Positions 10,301-21,458 are shown, numbered from the stretch's first letter. The stretch: 64,000 nucleotides of DNA from Candidatus Binatia bacterium (GCA_963666315.2 CAXXHG010000020.1:1-64000), one strand, 5' to 3'. The notes: generated by a model not told the origin, from the sequence alone. Program-made: numbers and translations.

Positions 10301-10822
10301 CTACTTATGTGGGACTTCGTCTGGAGAGGAAACGATATCCTGAGATGGTTTATGGTAGGTTTCCGCTACATCAAACGCACCACGCAAGGAGTAGGAATCA
10401 TCTGTGAATAATGGCAGATGAGAGTAATACGCCCGGTGGTAATAACAGGCCAACCCTTTGCCCGGCTCAGCTGTGTCATTCTCAAAGACCACGTCCTCAA
10501 GGACCACGTCGGAAATATCAACTCCGGCATCTTCTAGACTTCCAGAAGCCGACTGGCTGGCTACGTTTTGCTGCGCAGACTGTCCACCAGACGGATTCTC
10601 AGCCAGCGTAGCGGCATTCTTTTGTTGGACCGGCAGTCGAGGCTGAGTGGTGGGGCGCGGTTGGTGAGAAGGATTTTCAAATTTATCAAGCCAACCGTAA
10701 TACGAGCGATGCGTGTCCTGGACTGTTTGGGCTGACTGTTCCGCGTAGAGCGGCCCACTGCCCAAACACAGGGCAACGCCGCAGGCAGCAGCGAACGCCT
10801 TTTTTGCGACAGATGCCAGCAT
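10301..10822 (-). CDS. Hypothetical secreted protein
   Basis: Signal peptide MLASVAKKAFAAACGVALCLGSGPLYA, low-complexity linker, short C-terminal domain. Co-oriented with its neighbours. Confidence 0.6.
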   Translation of the reverse strand: MLASVAKKAFAAACGVALCLGSGPLYAEQSAQTVQDTHRSYYGWLDKFENPSHQPRPTTQPRLPVQQKNAATLAENPSGGQSAQQNVASQSASGSLEDAGVDISDVVLEDVVFENDTAEPGKGLACYYHRAYYSHLPLFTDDSYSLRGAFDVAETYHKPSQDIVSSPDEVPHK

Positions 10823-10876
10823 ATTTACATCTCAACCATCTAGACTTGCCATCCACACCAACGTGCCAACGTATAA

Positions 10877-10901
10877 GGGGGAGCAGGAAATCTGCTCCCC
10901 C
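10877..10901 (-). terminator. Hairpin downstream of the DUF1329 gene
   Basis: GGGGGAGCAG-GAAAT-CTGCTCCCCC, 10-bp perfect stem; only a short T tail on the minus strand. Confidence 0.55.
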
Positions 10902-10924
10902 AAGGGAACCTCAACTGGGGCTGT

Positions 10925-12364
10925 TTAACGGTGCAGCTCAGTCAGACGGTTCAGGTCGTATAGTCCGTTGATGAAGTCCACCGAAAAGTCAGGGAGGCCA
11001 CCACCGTACTCACGCCATAGATTACCACGACCGTTCTGAATATCGACCGTGTCCACGTTCTTCCAGTGCACTGCACCACGGCCATGGTTCATCTCTGTAT
11101 ACTTTTTAGCATCATCGGCCCATGCATAGCCCCACTGCCACAGCTTCCACAGTTTCCCCTTACGGTCAAAGGCGATATGATTCCAGGTCTCCCAGCTCTC
11201 TGGATCGATGGCCATGATAGCACTCTTATACGGATGGCGTGGGTCTCTCGGAATACGTTCGACCACGAACAGCTCACGGATCTGCCATACATCGTCATTC
11301 AACCAACCGTCCGGGCCGCCATAGTGGACACCGTCGTCGTCCCATTTGGTTTTAATATGTACTGTTAGAAATTTCTTCTTCCCCCAGAATTTCCAGTCCC
11401 ACTCAAGCGGCCGCCCAGAGAAGCCATAGAAGTCTTCCAGGGTGTGCTCGGTGCCCATCAACGAGTCAGATTTCACCTCAGCCGAAATACGGCGGACACG
11501 GCGCAAGCTGGGAACATAGGCCCAGCCGTCATCGCTCCGGCGGGGGTCAATATAGCGCGCAATGATGAAAGCCGTTCCTCGGACATCGTACGGAGAGAAG
11601 AATCCAGTAAATTCCTTCCAGTGGAAGGTCCCTCCGTCTTGGTTACCCGGAAGAGTATAGTTATTGTCCGGGAACATCGCCAACTGGGAGTGGTAGGCCT
11701 TGTGGTAAAAGGTGCCTAGACTGCGCTCATAGGATCCACCACCGCCGTAAATCTTCTCGGTGTCATAATTCCAGTCGGTGTCGATATCGATTTCGTCACC
11801 AAGCCATGCTTCAGGCGGTTTTTCCGGCTCCGGGGCAGTGTGTTCGCCACCAAAGCGCAACCATGTGGTTAACGCATTCGCAACGAAATATCCGCGCCAG
11901 TAAAAGCGCTTGTCATAATTCCAAGCAGTCTTGAGGCCAGCGATATCGACATTTCCCTCGGCCAGGATATCCTCATTGGAGAAGGGATAGCCGCAGACAA
12001 AGTTCTCGAGGGCACCATCCGAAGCAAGTACAACCTGCTTCTGGAATTTTTCGTTGCATTCCAACACCGTTTGATGCGGCGTCACATGGTAGGTCTCGAT
12101 AACCTCCATCTTGAGGGAGCCATCGTTCCATTTTTCATATTGCTCGAAATAGCCGGGAAACATGAACGGTTTGACCTTTGCCAGGTCGGCGTGGGTCAGG
12201 ACATCGCCGGCTTTGAAGTCGGGTTCAACGTCTTTCGATTCGTTGAACCATTTCACAAAGGTGTCATGCGTAAACTGCGTGGCGTCACCCTGAGCCCACG
12301 CACTGGGTTGCACCCATACCAGGCTACAGGCCGCGAAGAACGAAAATACTACGAGTCGCCTCAT
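10925..12364 (-). CDS. DUF1329 family (LolA-like fold) periplasmic protein
   Basis: Signal peptide; SPYDVRGTAF, DDGWAYVPSLRRVRRIS, EDFYGFSG, FDRKGKLWK motifs. Confidence 0.88.
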   Translation of the reverse strand: MRRLVVFSFFAACSLVWVQPSAWAQGDATQFTHDTFVKWFNESKDVEPDFKAGDVLTHADLAKVKPFMFPGYFEQYEKWNDGSLKMEVIETYHVTPHQTVLECNEKFQKQVVLASDGALENFVCGYPFSNEDILAEGNVDIAGLKTAWNYDKRFYWRGYFVANALTTWLRFGGEHTAPEPEKPPEAWLGDEIDIDTDWNYDTEKIYGGGGSYERSLGTFYHKAYHSQLAMFPDNNYTLPGNQDGGTFHWKEFTGFFSPYDVRGTAFIIARYIDPRRSDDGWAYVPSLRRVRRISAEVKSDSLMGTEHTLEDFYGFSGRPLEWDWKFWGKKKFLTVHIKTKWDDDGVHYGGPDGWLNDDVWQIRELFVVERIPRDPRHPYKSAIMAIDPESWETWNHIAFDRKGKLWKLWQWGYAWADDAKKYTEMNHGRGAVHWKNVDTVDIQNGRGNLWREYGGGLPDFSVDFINGLYDLNRLTELHR

Positions 12365-12459
12365 AAACCCTCCTCTAGAGAAAATTTGATAGCTTCATAC
12401 TTGGTTGACTTCGAGCACGAAGTCAATAATACCTCAGCAGGTATTTTTATACTGCCAAA

Positions 12460-12486
12460 CAGGAGGGGAACGCTTTTCCCCTCCTG
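12460..12486 (-). terminator. Hairpin between the DUF1302 and DUF1329 genes
   Basis: CAGGAGGGGAA-CGCTT-TTCCCCTCCTG, 11-bp stem, followed by TTT on the minus strand. Confidence 0.5.
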
Positions 12487-12497
12487 GCGTTAGGTCC

Positions 12498-14567
12498 TTA
12501 GAAACGATAGCGCAGGCGTCCCCAAAACTCGTTCATCTGGTTACGCTCTGAGCCACCGGCCTGCATATGACCAATACCGAAGCCGGCCTCCGTGAATGGG
12601 TCATTTGCGGGATCGCCGGTGAAAACGGCGAACGTACTCAGGTCATGCTGCGTTCGCTTACCCAGAAAAGCGGTCGCACCCAGCGTGACCGACCAGTTAT
12701 TGTCGATCAAGTACTCGATATTGCCGCCGGTTGTGGCATCTGTCGCGGTCGTACCAAAGGCACCGAAGACCAGCCACACCAACTGATCACGCATGAACTG
12801 GTTCTGGACGAAGAAGGTGGCGATGAAGTTGTCTTGAGCCCCGGTAGGAAGACCGTAACGCCCAGCCGGATTATCAGGATAGTGGGTTCCGTAGGCTTGC
12901 GCGCTCAGGAAAAAGCTGCGAGTGGGGTTGATCCAGCGGATCAGGGTCGGACGGTCAATACCCAGCACCCATTTGAAGATATTTCCGTCGGCTAACAGGT
13001 CAGACTTCGTAGTGTCAGTCAGGAGGGCATTCGTGGTCCAGGACGATTCCCAGCGGACAACAATACCAGTGTTCGGCTCGAACCAGTCAAACGACAGGCC
13101 CAACGTGTTTTGTTTACGATATTTCGCAACCAAGGAGCCGCCAAAGCCGCACATGTTGTTGTATTTAGCTTTTTTGAATTTACCTTTGGCGCCTTGAACC
13201 ACAGTGTGGTTCGCATCTCGCATCCGAATCTTGTTCGGCTTCACGCCAACAATCACCGAGTCGCCGTTGACCAGCGTCCCACCATTAGAACCGGTTGGCA
13301 GAATGCTGTTGCCAGCAGCATCGGTGGTGCACTCGGGCGAATTAAAGATATTAATCCGATCCCAACCAAAAGACGGCACGTCGTTGAAGGCAAACCAGTC
13401 GGTGATCTGAATCCGGAAATCCCCAAGGGTGGCTTCCCAACGGGTTCCAATGCCGCCGTTCTTCAGATTCCAGTGCGGTGAGCGATTCTTATACAACGCC
13501 ATGTTCAGGAACGGCACGTAGTTATCAGCTGACGGGTCGTCGGAGTGACCCGGGAACAATGCGGCAGCAAACAGGTCGTTGCCAAAAGCGAATGCATCAA
13601 TCGTACGCCCAAAGCCAATTGACCAAGGCTGAGCCGAGTTCCCAAAACCGAGCGGCGCATAGCGGTCGAAGGTGTACACGATACTACCCGCGACATCGCG
13701 CAGGACGCCGATATTGCCAAAGCGGTGCTCATACAAAGCCGACCACAGCGGCACGCGAGTGTCGTCAAAGAGATCGATGAAAAAGTGGTCGGAAAAGTCG
13801 ACCGGGTTCACCAAGTCTTGCAAACGGAAGAAGTCGGCCTTGCCCCACACGTGCTGCTGTTTTCCGATACGCAACCAGTTGCGGCCACCCATGCCCTTCC
13901 AGAAAAAGTCCAAATAGGCTTCGCGAACGGGATAGTACAGGTCCATATTCGTTTCACGGGTCATTCCATAACGCAGCTGGTTCTGGCTTGCATCAAGCCC
14001 GAAATATGCCTCGCTACGTGAATCCCGGAAACGGCCGGGCACCCCGTAGTTCGACCCAGGCACCAGATTGTACATGAAGCGAATTGATTGGGGACCTTCG
14101 TGCGGCCAGAATTCTCCAAAATTACCTGGCTCGTAGCCGAAAGCCCTGAGGAATGCGGCATTGCCAGCATTCGGAGCACTAGTCCGGCCAGACACAAACC
14201 GCTTATTTTCCCCTTTTCGGCCATTTCCAAACTTGTCGTCTATATCATAGATCGACTCGTATTGCGGCCGTAATTCGATGAAGTACTCGAATCGCTTGAA
14301 CGTATCCCGCAGCAGATACAGCGGACCAGATAGCTGGATACTCGCCCGGTAGCGGGACGAAGCGACATGATAGTCCTTCACGAACGAGGTATTTCGCAGA
14401 ATGGTAAAGTTATCCACATAGCCATGGACAGCCATTCTGTCGAGACTATCCATGAACCCCTTCTTTTCTGCCGCTTGTGCTGACGGCGCGGTCAGCGCCA
14501 GACTCAGACCGACCACTATGAGGCCGAGCCATAACGTTATTCGTTTCCCTCTCCCTGCTCGTTGCAT
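12498..14567 (-). CDS. DUF1302-like outer-membrane beta-barrel protein
   Basis: Signal peptide; VREAYLD, LRIGKQQHVWGKADFFRLQDLVNPVD; C-terminal RLRYRF barrel signature; canonical position next to DUF1329 and RND. Confidence 0.82.
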   Translation of the reverse strand: MQRAGRGKRITLWLGLIVVGLSLALTAPSAQAAEKKGFMDSLDRMAVHGYVDNFTILRNTSFVKDYHVASSRYRASIQLSGPLYLLRDTFKRFEYFIELRPQYESIYDIDDKFGNGRKGENKRFVSGRTSAPNAGNAAFLRAFGYEPGNFGEFWPHEGPQSIRFMYNLVPGSNYGVPGRFRDSRSEAYFGLDASQNQLRYGMTRETNMDLYYPVREAYLDFFWKGMGGRNWLRIGKQQHVWGKADFFRLQDLVNPVDFSDHFFIDLFDDTRVPLWSALYEHRFGNIGVLRDVAGSIVYTFDRYAPLGFGNSAQPWSIGFGRTIDAFAFGNDLFAAALFPGHSDDPSADNYVPFLNMALYKNRSPHWNLKNGGIGTRWEATLGDFRIQITDWFAFNDVPSFGWDRINIFNSPECTTDAAGNSILPTGSNGGTLVNGDSVIVGVKPNKIRMRDANHTVVQGAKGKFKKAKYNNMCGFGGSLVAKYRKQNTLGLSFDWFEPNTGIVVRWESSWTTNALLTDTTKSDLLADGNIFKWVLGIDRPTLIRWINPTRSFFLSAQAYGTHYPDNPAGRYGLPTGAQDNFIATFFVQNQFMRDQLVWLVFGAFGTTATDATTGGNIEYLIDNNWSVTLGATAFLGKRTQHDLSTFAVFTGDPANDPFTEAGFGIGHMQAGGSERNQMNEFWGRLRYRF

Positions 14568-14665
14568 TACGAGACCTCCTTCCGTGCCCTTCGCCCTGCG
14601 CAAAGGGGTAAGTCTTTCAACCCTCATATGAGACAGTCCGGGTAGACCCTCTCCCTATTACGATA

Positions 14666-17092
14666 TCAACTCGTCGGCTGCGGGCTCGCTTCCGCCAGTA
14701 GGGGCTGCTCTTCCTCAACAACCTCGACCGACTGCCCGCCAACAAACTTCGGTTTGATAATTGCCATCATCGCCGGCACCATAGTCAGGGCCGACAACCA
14801 ATGCGTCACCAGCAAGATGGCCAATAAAAGCGCCATCTCCGCAGAGAAGCGCAGACTCGATAGGAAATACCACGGAATCACCCCAGCGATCATGGTCGTG
14901 GCAGTAAAGGTCACCGCCATACCCGTGGTCGAGACCGTACGTTTGATTCCAGCAATTAAGTTCCCCCCGGATCGTGGCACTTCGAGCCGAATCCGGTCAA
15001 CCACATATAAGATATAATCCACCCCGATACCCATCCCCACCGCCGTCACCGGCAGCGAGTTGATATTAATACCAATTCCCATAAAGGACACATACATATA
15101 ACTCGCAACTCCGGCAGCGACCAGGGCAAGCATGACCATGGTTGCCGCGATGACTGAACCGTAGCTCAAAAGGACCAACGTGTAAACGGTTAAAATGACC
15201 AAACCCGCAGCCTTTTTCTCCGACCGATCAATCTCTTCATTCAGCGCCGCAGTGGTGCCGATAAACCCACCCGCCAAACGGATCGTCACGCCTTCGATCG
15301 GATGCTCGGCCATGAACTTCTTGGCCCGCCCAATGGCTTCACGCACGGTGTCACCTTTCACGTCTTTATAAAACACCACGAATTGGCCGTTCTTGTAGAC
15401 CATGTCCGTGTACTCCAGAATAACGCCCGATATAGGAGCCGAGGCTTCGTACACAAAGATCAAATTCCCGGTGATTGATCGGTCAGGCGGAATGACCTGC
15501 CAGCGTGGATCACCGTAGTGATAGCGACGATTTAGATTACGCGCCAAGGTATACAGTTCGCGCGTATCGCCCGCCTCTTTTTGTTCCAGCATATAGCGCC
15601 GCATCTCCTCAAGAACATCGAGCACATGGGGCTCTTTGAGGATATGTTCGCGTTCGCCTTCCAGATAGATCACGAGTTGATTGGCCCCAGCGAATCGTTC
15701 GTTAATGGCTCGTGCGGACACATTATAGTGAGCGTTTTGCCACAGCAGCGGAGACCCAGCTTCCTGTTCGCCGATCGGCACCGAAATCGCAGTACGGACA
15801 CCAAAGACAATAATGACAGAGGCTACCGCGACGACGACCCAACGACTGCGTTCACCGGTTGCAATATTGCCCACTGTGCGCAGCGTCACGTCCATCCAGC
15901 GTGGAACGAAGTGTTTTGTTTCTTTGGGCCTCGGCAAATACGACAGCAACATAGGCATGAAGTGGGTGATACAGAAAATATTCGCAAAGGCCCAAAAGCT
16001 GCCGTAATAGGCCAGCTTTTCAATCAGCGGAATGGTGGCAACCGACAGGACCAAAATCCCGCCAGCATCACTAATCACCCCGGTCACACCAGGCAGAAAT
16101 AAGTCGCTGAGGCACGTATAGGCAGACTTTCCCTGGTCTTGGGTTACTTCAAGTTCTTCAAAATAGCGCTCGATCATCTGCACGGCGTGACTGATGGAAC
16201 GGGCAGTAATAAGCAAGGGGATCACTAAGATGAGCGGGTCAAGGTTAAACCCCCACCAGCCGACCCAGCCCATACCCCACACGGTCTGGATGCACGCGCC
16301 GAACAGCGGGACCAAGACACCATAGAACTTACGGAAATAAATGATCAGGGCAAGCAGCATCATCAGACCGGTGAAGGAAAAGATGAGGAAGAGTTCGTTG
16401 GTAAAAAACCACACCCACCCCTTCAGCGCCGGCTCGCCGGCCACATAGATCTTGGTGTTGTCGTCTTCTATTTCGGCACGAATACGGGTGACTTCACGCT
16501 GAATTTCCCGGTAGTCGAGTCGATCCTCGTTGAACCCGGCCAGCACGAGCGCCGCCCTCCCGTCCTCCGAGACGTATTTGTTCATAACGATGTCGTTATT
16601 GAACATCTCAAATTTGAGTGCAATCAGCTCCTGGGGATCATCCGGCAGCTCGATCGGCAGGACCGGATACGAGCGGACCATGCCGCCCGGAAGGGTCTTA
16701 ATGTTTCGGATTTTAACGTGCGAAAGGGAAGCCACCTGGTTGTGGTCAACGCCGTTAATCTGGTCAAGCTGGTCTGTTAAATACCGAACCTTCTCCAAAT
16801 TTTCCTTGGTAAAAATATCGCCTTCACTCACCTGCAAGACCGCGGTGATTATATTCGCCCCTCCAAAGGTGGTCCGGTGTTCATTATACGCTTGGATATA
16901 CGCGTGGCCTTGGGGCAGCAGGTCGGCAAACTGGCTATACATCTCGACATTACGGGCCTGATAGCCCCAAAAGACCGTCGCAATCGCTAAGCAGATGAGA
17001 TAGGCCGGGCGGTGTCGCCATAAAACAGACAGATAGGCGCCAATAATGCGGTCAGCGTAAGCTTTAGGTTTATCAGGTGGTTTTTGGTCCAT
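14666..17092 (-). CDS. RND/MMPL family transporter
   Basis: Two-repeat TM architecture; ARSISHAVQMIERY, GMGIGVDYILY, SSLRFSAEMALLL motifs. Confidence 0.92.
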   Translation of the reverse strand: MDQKPPDKPKAYADRIIGAYLSVLWRHRPAYLICLAIATVFWGYQARNVEMYSQFADLLPQGHAYIQAYNEHRTTFGGANIITAVLQVSEGDIFTKENLEKVRYLTDQLDQINGVDHNQVASLSHVKIRNIKTLPGGMVRSYPVLPIELPDDPQELIALKFEMFNNDIVMNKYVSEDGRAALVLAGFNEDRLDYREIQREVTRIRAEIEDDNTKIYVAGEPALKGWVWFFTNELFLIFSFTGLMMLLALIIYFRKFYGVLVPLFGACIQTVWGMGWVGWWGFNLDPLILVIPLLITARSISHAVQMIERYFEELEVTQDQGKSAYTCLSDLFLPGVTGVISDAGGILVLSVATIPLIEKLAYYGSFWAFANIFCITHFMPMLLSYLPRPKETKHFVPRWMDVTLRTVGNIATGERSRWVVVAVASVIIVFGVRTAISVPIGEQEAGSPLLWQNAHYNVSARAINERFAGANQLVIYLEGEREHILKEPHVLDVLEEMRRYMLEQKEAGDTRELYTLARNLNRRYHYGDPRWQVIPPDRSITGNLIFVYEASAPISGVILEYTDMVYKNGQFVVFYKDVKGDTVREAIGRAKKFMAEHPIEGVTIRLAGGFIGTTAALNEEIDRSEKKAAGLVILTVYTLVLLSYGSVIAATMVMLALVAAGVASYMYVSFMGIGININSLPVTAVGMGIGVDYILYVVDRIRLEVPRSGGNLIAGIKRTVSTTGMAVTFTATTMIAGVIPWYFLSSLRFSAEMALLLAILLVTHWLSALTMVPAMMAIIKPKFVGGQSVEVVEEEQPLLAEASPQPTS

Positions 17093-17168
17093 TCGGTTCT
17101 CCTGCGCAAGCACGGGCGCTGTGAAGAGTCTTAAATCCGGGTGCTATGTGTATACGACGATTACGATT

Positions 17169-18422
17169 TTACAATGAGGATGATAACGACGGTAAGGATG
17201 GGTTTGTGGCGTAGAGCTTCATCTTATCCGTGGCCTTCCAGGTGTTGCCACCGTCTGTGGTGATAAGAATGGTGCCCTTCCCGCCACAGGCCACTCCAAA
17301 TCTTCCATCGGCGGCGAACGATGCGGTGCGTATCCACGTCAACACGTTTTCGCGCACCTGGTCGTCAAGCTGCCACGAGCCATTTTTGCCCGAGGCGATC
17401 GTGCCGAGCACTCCGGTGGCCATATCGCGCCGATTTCCACTCGGAGCCGCCGAGATAGACAGGAGCGTATTAAAGCTGCCGCTTGGAATATTTGTCCAGG
17501 TCTCACCTGCATCTTCGGTTTTGAGTAAGATCCCACTCTCGCCAGTGACATAGCCTTCTTGCGTACCCCGAAAATCAACATCGATCAAAAAGAGGTCTTC
17601 GAGGTAGAGTGGCGGGATACGCTGTTGAATCGCTTGTTCTTCGGACAGAGAAGGCCGGGTGTATTTCGGCAGATTATGCACATTGGTCTGTTTTTCCCAG
17701 TTTTTACCGCCATCCCAAGTCCGCAGAATGACCCCAAATTCACCCGCTGTCCAGCCTTCCAAGTCGTTGGCAAACGAGACGCCATTCAGGTTCACATCAC
17801 ACCGCTTCAGTTTTGGAGCAGTCGATTCCGGATCATCCGCCGGCTTCGCTGTGGCAAAATTCCGGAAGCCCCTGTCACAATACAGAGACAGGTTCTCCCA
17901 CGTCTCCCCACCGTCCTGCGAATGCACAATGGTCCCAATCGGCCCAACAACCCAGATATTCTGCGGATTTTCACCACGGCTGAGAGCGAAAAAGTGCGGT
18001 TGCTCAACCTCCCAGTCTTGCAGCGGCAGTTCAATGGGAATCTGTTTCCAGGTTTTCCCGCCATCGGTCGTTTTTAAAATAAGCCCATCCTGACCAACCG
18101 CGACTCCCTCCTGGGTATCGACGAAGTCGATCTCGTAGATCGTCCGCTGCACCCCGGTGGGGAGCATACTGAAATCCTGGCCTTTATTCGTCACATGCAG
18201 GATGAGTCCACGTCCACCCACGACCCACGCATTATTTTCATCGACGACAAAGGCATCAAACAAATCTTCACGGTGAGGGAAGACGTTTCCCTTCGATACG
18301 CCCTTTTCGTTCAGTATGCGCAACACCTCTTCATCAGCCGCTTCAACACACGCCGACAGAGTAAAGACAGCGGCAATCAGCACGCTCCAAGCCGCCGGAC
18401 GCCATAGTCGGTCTATTCCCAT
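17169..18422 (-). CDS. YCF48-like / BNR-repeat lipoprotein
   Basis: Lipobox LSAC; repeated Asp-box motifs (TTDGGKTW, SQDGGETW, TWDGGKNW, TEDAGETW, TTDGGNTW). Confidence 0.9.
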   Translation of the reverse strand: MGIDRLWRPAAWSVLIAAVFTLSACVEAADEEVLRILNEKGVSKGNVFPHREDLFDAFVVDENNAWVVGGRGLILHVTNKGQDFSMLPTGVQRTIYEIDFVDTQEGVAVGQDGLILKTTDGGKTWKQIPIELPLQDWEVEQPHFFALSRGENPQNIWVVGPIGTIVHSQDGGETWENLSLYCDRGFRNFATAKPADDPESTAPKLKRCDVNLNGVSFANDLEGWTAGEFGVILRTWDGGKNWEKQTNVHNLPKYTRPSLSEEQAIQQRIPPLYLEDLFLIDVDFRGTQEGYVTGESGILLKTEDAGETWTNIPSGSFNTLLSISAAPSGNRRDMATGVLGTIASGKNGSWQLDDQVRENVLTWIRTASFAADGRFGVACGGKGTILITTDGGNTWKATDKMKLYATNPSLPSLSSSL

Positions 18423-18583
18423 CTTCAAGATAATCTCCCCTTAAGGAAGTAGCCCTACTACATATTCCTGTATTCGAACCTCTCCTCTTAATGAGCTTCC
18501 AGGTCAGCTGTCAAGGGTCCCGCCAGCTCGCAGCTGATCATTACAGATCCTTAATCCCTTACGCAGGCGGCCTGTCGCTCCCA

Positions 18584-19012
18584 CTACTTTTGCTGCTTGT
18601 ACCGGATTGCCAAGCCGACAAGCTGAAATTCGTAGTCCGCCCGGCTTGTGTAGTCTCGTGGAGTGCGCGCGCCCGAATGCTGAACGTTGATCTCATCTAG
18701 GAACTCCCCAGCCTTCATTCGTTCGAGGATGACAGCCTCGGCTCCAATCGCACATGCTTCGCGATGCAGCGCAGCGTGCAGGCGATCAGCGCCTGTGCCC
18801 TGATTCCCGTAAGTCTTGACCCGTGCGATGACTTCATATGGTAATGCGGGTGGAGAGGAGAGGAGAGGAATCTTGCAATCAGCAGCCGAAAATTCAACCG
18901 GCAGAGCGCCCATTTGCTCGGTCAGAACCAGGGGTTTCGTCGGACGACGCACGCATCCTGCCAGCATGCTAGCAGCCACAATCGCCAAAATAACTCTCAC
19001 TGTCTCCCCCAT
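18584..19012 (-). CDS. Hypothetical lipoprotein (YbjQ/RcsF-like small domain)
   Basis: Lipobox MLAGC; PYEVIARV...LHREACAIGAEAVIL pattern. AGAGGGG upstream of ATG 19012. Confidence 0.65.
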   Translation of the reverse strand: MGETVRVILAIVAASMLAGCVRRPTKPLVLTEQMGALPVEFSAADCKIPLLSSPPALPYEVIARVKTYGNQGTGADRLHAALHREACAIGAEAVILERMKAGEFLDEINVQHSGARTPRDYTSRADYEFQLVGLAIRYKQQK

Positions 19013-19216
19013 TAGTGCCCCTTTGGAAAACGCCCTTGGCAAGATCAATAAGTGCGCTTGTTCATACCATATTCCAAGGACTCTCACTACTCTTGTGTTA
19101 TGAATCATCTAAATATGCTATATTGGCGAACTTCTTTGTATTCCATTCGAGCCGGGCGATGTCACCTGGGCAGTCGCAGGCCCAAGTGATCGCTTGCTGA
19201 TCGCTTATTGATTCGT

Positions 19217-20239
19217 ATGTCTTTCGATTATGCATCCAAGTGGGGCGTCCTCTTTAACGGTGATAAGCTGTCGCTCGACAATATCCTGTCCTTCGCCCGC
19301 CAGGCAGAAGATGCAGGAGCCGAGAGCATCTGGGCTGCCGAGTTATGGCGTGATGCCTTTGTCCCACTCACTGCCATTGCCGGGGTCGTCAAAAGGGTGC
19401 GGCTGGGAACCGCGGTGGCTCATTTTGCACGTCCACCAATGCTGACAGAACTGGGCGCTATGTCGCTGGCCGAGTACACTCAGGGTCGTTTCATTCTCGG
19501 GCTCGGGACGGCACCCAAAGAATGGAATGAGAAGTGGCACGGTCTGGAGTACCGCAAACCGGTCACTCGCATGCGTGAATATGTTGAATGTATCCGAGCC
19601 ATGTGGACCGGTTCGCCAACCAGAGCAGCCAACTACAGTGGCGAGTTTTATCAGCTGCGAGACTATCAACGCCTGACCGAGCCCAGCTATCGCAACATAC
19701 CTATTTACCTCGCCGCCGTCCTGCCGCGGATGATACAGCTTGCCGGTTCGCTCGCTGACGGTATCATCCTGAACGTCCTCAATACCCCGTGCTACTTCAC
19801 CGACGTTGTTCATCCCAACCTCAAAAAAGGCTTCAGCGCCGGAAAACGATCCCAAGAAAATTTTGAGATCTGCGCAGTCAAATGCTGTGCGGTGAATCGC
19901 GACCCGAAGCAGGCACGTGCTTTGGCGCGGCATGCTGTCGCCTTTTATGCCACCCTGCCCTATTTCGATATTATTCTCGATCCCATGGGCTTTACGCACG
20001 CGAAGCTGAAAATCCGAGAGGCCATGGCCCGCAACGACGTACCAGCCATGCTTGGCGCCGTCACTGACGATATGGTCGAGGCACTCGTCTTAGCCGGCAC
20101 AGCGGATGATGTCCGCCGCCAATTACGAGCCTTTGACGGACTTTTTGACACCCTGTTGCTGCTCAGCCCGTCTTTCGCGGCAGACGCGGAAGAAGTTCGA
20201 GAAAACAACGCTGCGATGATTGCCGCTTTTGCTGAATAG
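19217..20239 (+). CDS. LLM-class flavin-dependent oxidoreductase
   Basis: WAAELWRDAF, RLGTAVA, GRFILGLGT, PIYLAAVLPRMIQLAG motifs. Confidence 0.9.
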   Translation: MSFDYASKWGVLFNGDKLSLDNILSFARQAEDAGAESIWAAELWRDAFVPLTAIAGVVKRVRLGTAVAHFARPPMLTELGAMSLAEYTQGRFILGLGTAPKEWNEKWHGLEYRKPVTRMREYVECIRAMWTGSPTRAANYSGEFYQLRDYQRLTEPSYRNIPIYLAAVLPRMIQLAGSLADGIILNVLNTPCYFTDVVHPNLKKGFSAGKRSQENFEICAVKCCAVNRDPKQARALARHAVAFYATLPYFDIILDPMGFTHAKLKIREAMARNDVPAMLGAVTDDMVEALVLAGTADDVRRQLRAFDGLFDTLLLLSPSFAADAEEVRENNAAMIAAFAE

Positions 20240-20279
20240 CGCTATGTAGATTCCACTGTATTGAAATGGAGGGTCCGGT

Positions 20280-21435
20280 ATGGAAACGCAATTGCAACAC
20301 GCCATTCTTCCCGAAGCCACGCATGACGAGTTCGCTCGGCAGAATTTTGTCCAAAGCCTGAAGGTTCACCTAGCCACTCAGGTCTCACCGGGGAACAAAA
20401 CCGTGTATGAACGGCGTGCGGCACCACGCTTTGAGCGTGAACATCAACGCCTGCCCCAAGATCGGCATGAAGTCCGTAGCGTGATGAAGAACGAGCCCTA
20501 TTATCAGATGTGGAGTACGCTGCTACGGACGAGCCAAGAAATGATGTGGGAGTCGGTCAATGTGAGTGTTGAGCGGCAACTGCCGCAGCTGTGTGAGCGA
20601 GCCGCACCGAATGGCAGTACGCTGGGCTCACTGACTCTGGACCCTGACCTCACCATCCCGGCCTACCACAGAGCGGTGGATATTCACTGTCAGCCGGGGG
20701 GCTATCATACTGAGCTCGGACCAGACGATGTCGCGGCTGGAGCGACCTATGACCGGGCCGTGTACATTTATGCGATGAGTCGTCTCGGTCCCTTAAACGA
20801 TGAAATGGGCCAGTCCGTCGTGCTCCATCTCAAAGACCGACATGCCGACTTTCGGCCGCGTCGCATCCTCGATATGGGCTGCACCGTCGGGCATAGTACC
20901 CTCCCCTATGTTGATGCGTATCCCAACGCAGAAATCTTTGCCATTGACGTCGGCGCGCCCGTCCTGCGTTATGCGCATGCCCGGGCGGAATCGCTCGGCA
21001 AACGCGTCCACTTCTCTCAGCAGAATGCCGAACATACAAACTTTGAGGACGGCTCTTTTGATTTGATTGTCTCGCACATCTTACTGCACGAGACATCCAG
21101 CAAAGCCATGCGCAATATTATGCAAGAAGCTCACCGGCTCCTGAAGCCGGGCGGCATGATGCTGCATCAAGAAGTGCCCCAATATGAAGGCATGCCAGCG
21201 TATGACGCCTTTATGCTGGACTGGGACACCTACAACAATAACGAGACTTTCTGGGGGTACGATACACTCTATGGATCTGCAAAAATTGGCCGAAGAGTCC
21301 GGTTTCGCGGCAGACAACGTCATGCAGCTCATGATCCCCAGCGCCCTGGAGCGCGCAACAGCACGAACCAAAAAATTTCAAGGCGGCGATTTCGGCGGTG
21401 GTGGAGCCTGGTTCGTCTTGGGTGCAAAAAGATAG
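20280..21435 (+). CDS. Class I SAM-dependent methyltransferase with a +1 frameshift (extra G in run 21253-21257)
   Basis: ILDMGCTVGHST, SFDLIVSHILLHE, LKPGG. Removing one G gives ETFWGTIHSMDLQKLAEESGF...GAWFVLGAKR and a TAG at 21435. Confidence 0.8.
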
Positions 21436-21458
21436 CCCACAAGCAACGCAGAACGCGT

